Source: a plasmid
Sequence record: NZ_CP118102.1
Length of the DNA stretch: 64,000 nt
Direction: 5' to 3' (one strand)
A model generated the notes under the pieces. It ran no database searches. It was not told where the DNA came from and saw only the letters and a list, made by a program, of their open reading frames with translations. The position numbers and the translations under genes were made by a program. Shown here in pieces: positions 63,402 through 64,000 of this stretch (its first letter is position 1; each line of letters starts with the position of its first letter).

Positions 63402-64000
63402 TTAAATTTCTTTCGTATTGGCGTTCTCCGGACTTGTTGTCTTGGACGCGCCCCGGTCCAGCGTCTTGCGAATCGCGGTTTCGATCCAGCGCCAGGGCAG
63501 AAAACGGACGGCGGTCACCAGCAAACGGGCGCCTCGCCCGATCGGATGCCTTAGCTTGCGCGTTCGGCCGGAGGCTGCCAGCCGGGCGACCAGCTCGGCG
63601 ACTTCCCGCGGATGCGGGGCGGATTCGGCCGATTTGCGGGCGAAGCCCAGCACGGAGTTAAGCATTTTCCCGTAAGGGGAGTCGGGCTTGGCGTGGATCG
63701 CAGCGAAACCTTTGTCCCAGATCGGCGTACGATAGGCTCCGGGCTCCACGAGGTACACCCGGATGCCGTAGGGCGCAACCTCGAGCCGCAGACTCTCGCT
63801 GAAGCCTTCGACCGCGAACTTGGAGGCGGCGTATGCTCCGTAGCCGGGCAAGCCGATCCGCCCGCTGACGCTGCCGATCTGGATGACCGTTCCTTCGCGC
63901 TGCCGGCGCATGATGGGCAGAACGGCCTGCGTCGCAGCGACGACGCCGATGAAGTTCGTCTCCATCTGCGCTCTCCACGCTTCCAGCGGCACTTCTTCGG
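63402..64000 (-). CDS. Short-chain dehydrogenase/reductase (SDR), 5' end beyond the window
   Basis: 'YAASKFAVEGFSESLRLEVAPYGIRV' YxxxK active site. The N-terminal Rossmann motif is not in the window. Confidence 0.65.
   Translation of the reverse strand, partial: EEVPLEAWRAQMETNFIGVVAATQAVLPIMRRQREGTVIQIGSVSGRIGLPGYGAYAASKFAVEGFSESLRLEVAPYGIRVYLVEPGAYRTPIWDKGFAAIHAKPDSPYGKMLNSVLGFARKSAESAPHPREVAELVARLAASGRTRKLRHPIGRGARLLVTAVRFLPWRWIETAIRKTLDRGASKTTSPENANTKEI

Noticed and set aside
1-64000. tRNA, rRNA or tmRNA genes
   Set aside because: No cloverleaf-compatible segments with TTCGA T-loops and matching acceptor stems were seen by reading. Only a tRNAscan or Infernal run would settle this.

Overview
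This 64-kb window has two very different halves. Bases 1 to about 46,320 are low-GC (roughly 35-42%) and read as a plasmid-like or integrative mobile element from a Firmicutes host. From about 46,320 onward the DNA is high-GC (roughly 58-65%) and looks like ordinary Paenibacillus-type chromosome.

The low-GC element carries, in order:
- a 5'-truncated large protein with an HExxH motif, translationally coupled to a Spo0E-like phosphatase;
- an RHS/YD-repeat polymorphic toxin (DNRLRE domain, RHS core, Hint domain, short C-terminal toxin) with a probable immunity gene;
- a Y-family DNA polymerase operon with a LexA (Cheo) box and a YolD-like protein;
- a replication region with three initiator genes: one with a DnaA-N-terminal-like domain and two convergent Rep_3-family genes. 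Two opposed arrays of 19-bp iterons flank an AT-rich spacer, and a separate array of 'ctctcaaaatttgagag' palindromes lies nearby;
- a primase-like Zn-finger/TOPRIM protein, a tandem HicB-like protein, and an AgrC-like histidine kinase with a LytTR response regulator;
- a module of DnaN-like sliding clamp, N6-adenine DNA methyltransferase, small hypothetical protein and SNF2-family helicase;
- PadR, a Rad52-like annealing-protein candidate, a DinG-like helicase, a DUF457 hydrolase, a LuxR-type regulator and a Ser/Thr/Asn-rich tandem-repeat protein.

The SNF2 helicase gene is split by a complete 7,152-bp Tn3-family mercury-resistance transposon (tnpA, tnpR, res, merR-merE-merT-merP-merA). The transposon has perfect 38-bp terminal inverted repeats and a 5-bp TAGAA target-site duplication. 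The helicase C-terminus is orphaned downstream, next to a Zn-ribbon gene and a 596-aa PD-(D/E)xK-like protein. A third, slightly diverged copy of the transposon inverted repeat sits alone near the low-GC/high-GC boundary.

A conserved structured leader with compensatory base changes precedes two separate operons.

The high-GC part encodes a peptide-type ABC permease pair with three substrate-binding lipoproteins and no ATPase in cluster. It also encodes an ABC-F (antibiotic-resistance-type) protein with a leader attenuator, an array of about 11 tandem 50-bp repeats, a TetR/CYP102 (P450 BM3-like) pair, an M28 peptidase, a GNAT acetyltransferase, an Old Yellow Enzyme reductase and a truncated short-chain dehydrogenase.

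No rRNA, tRNA or CRISPR array was found.
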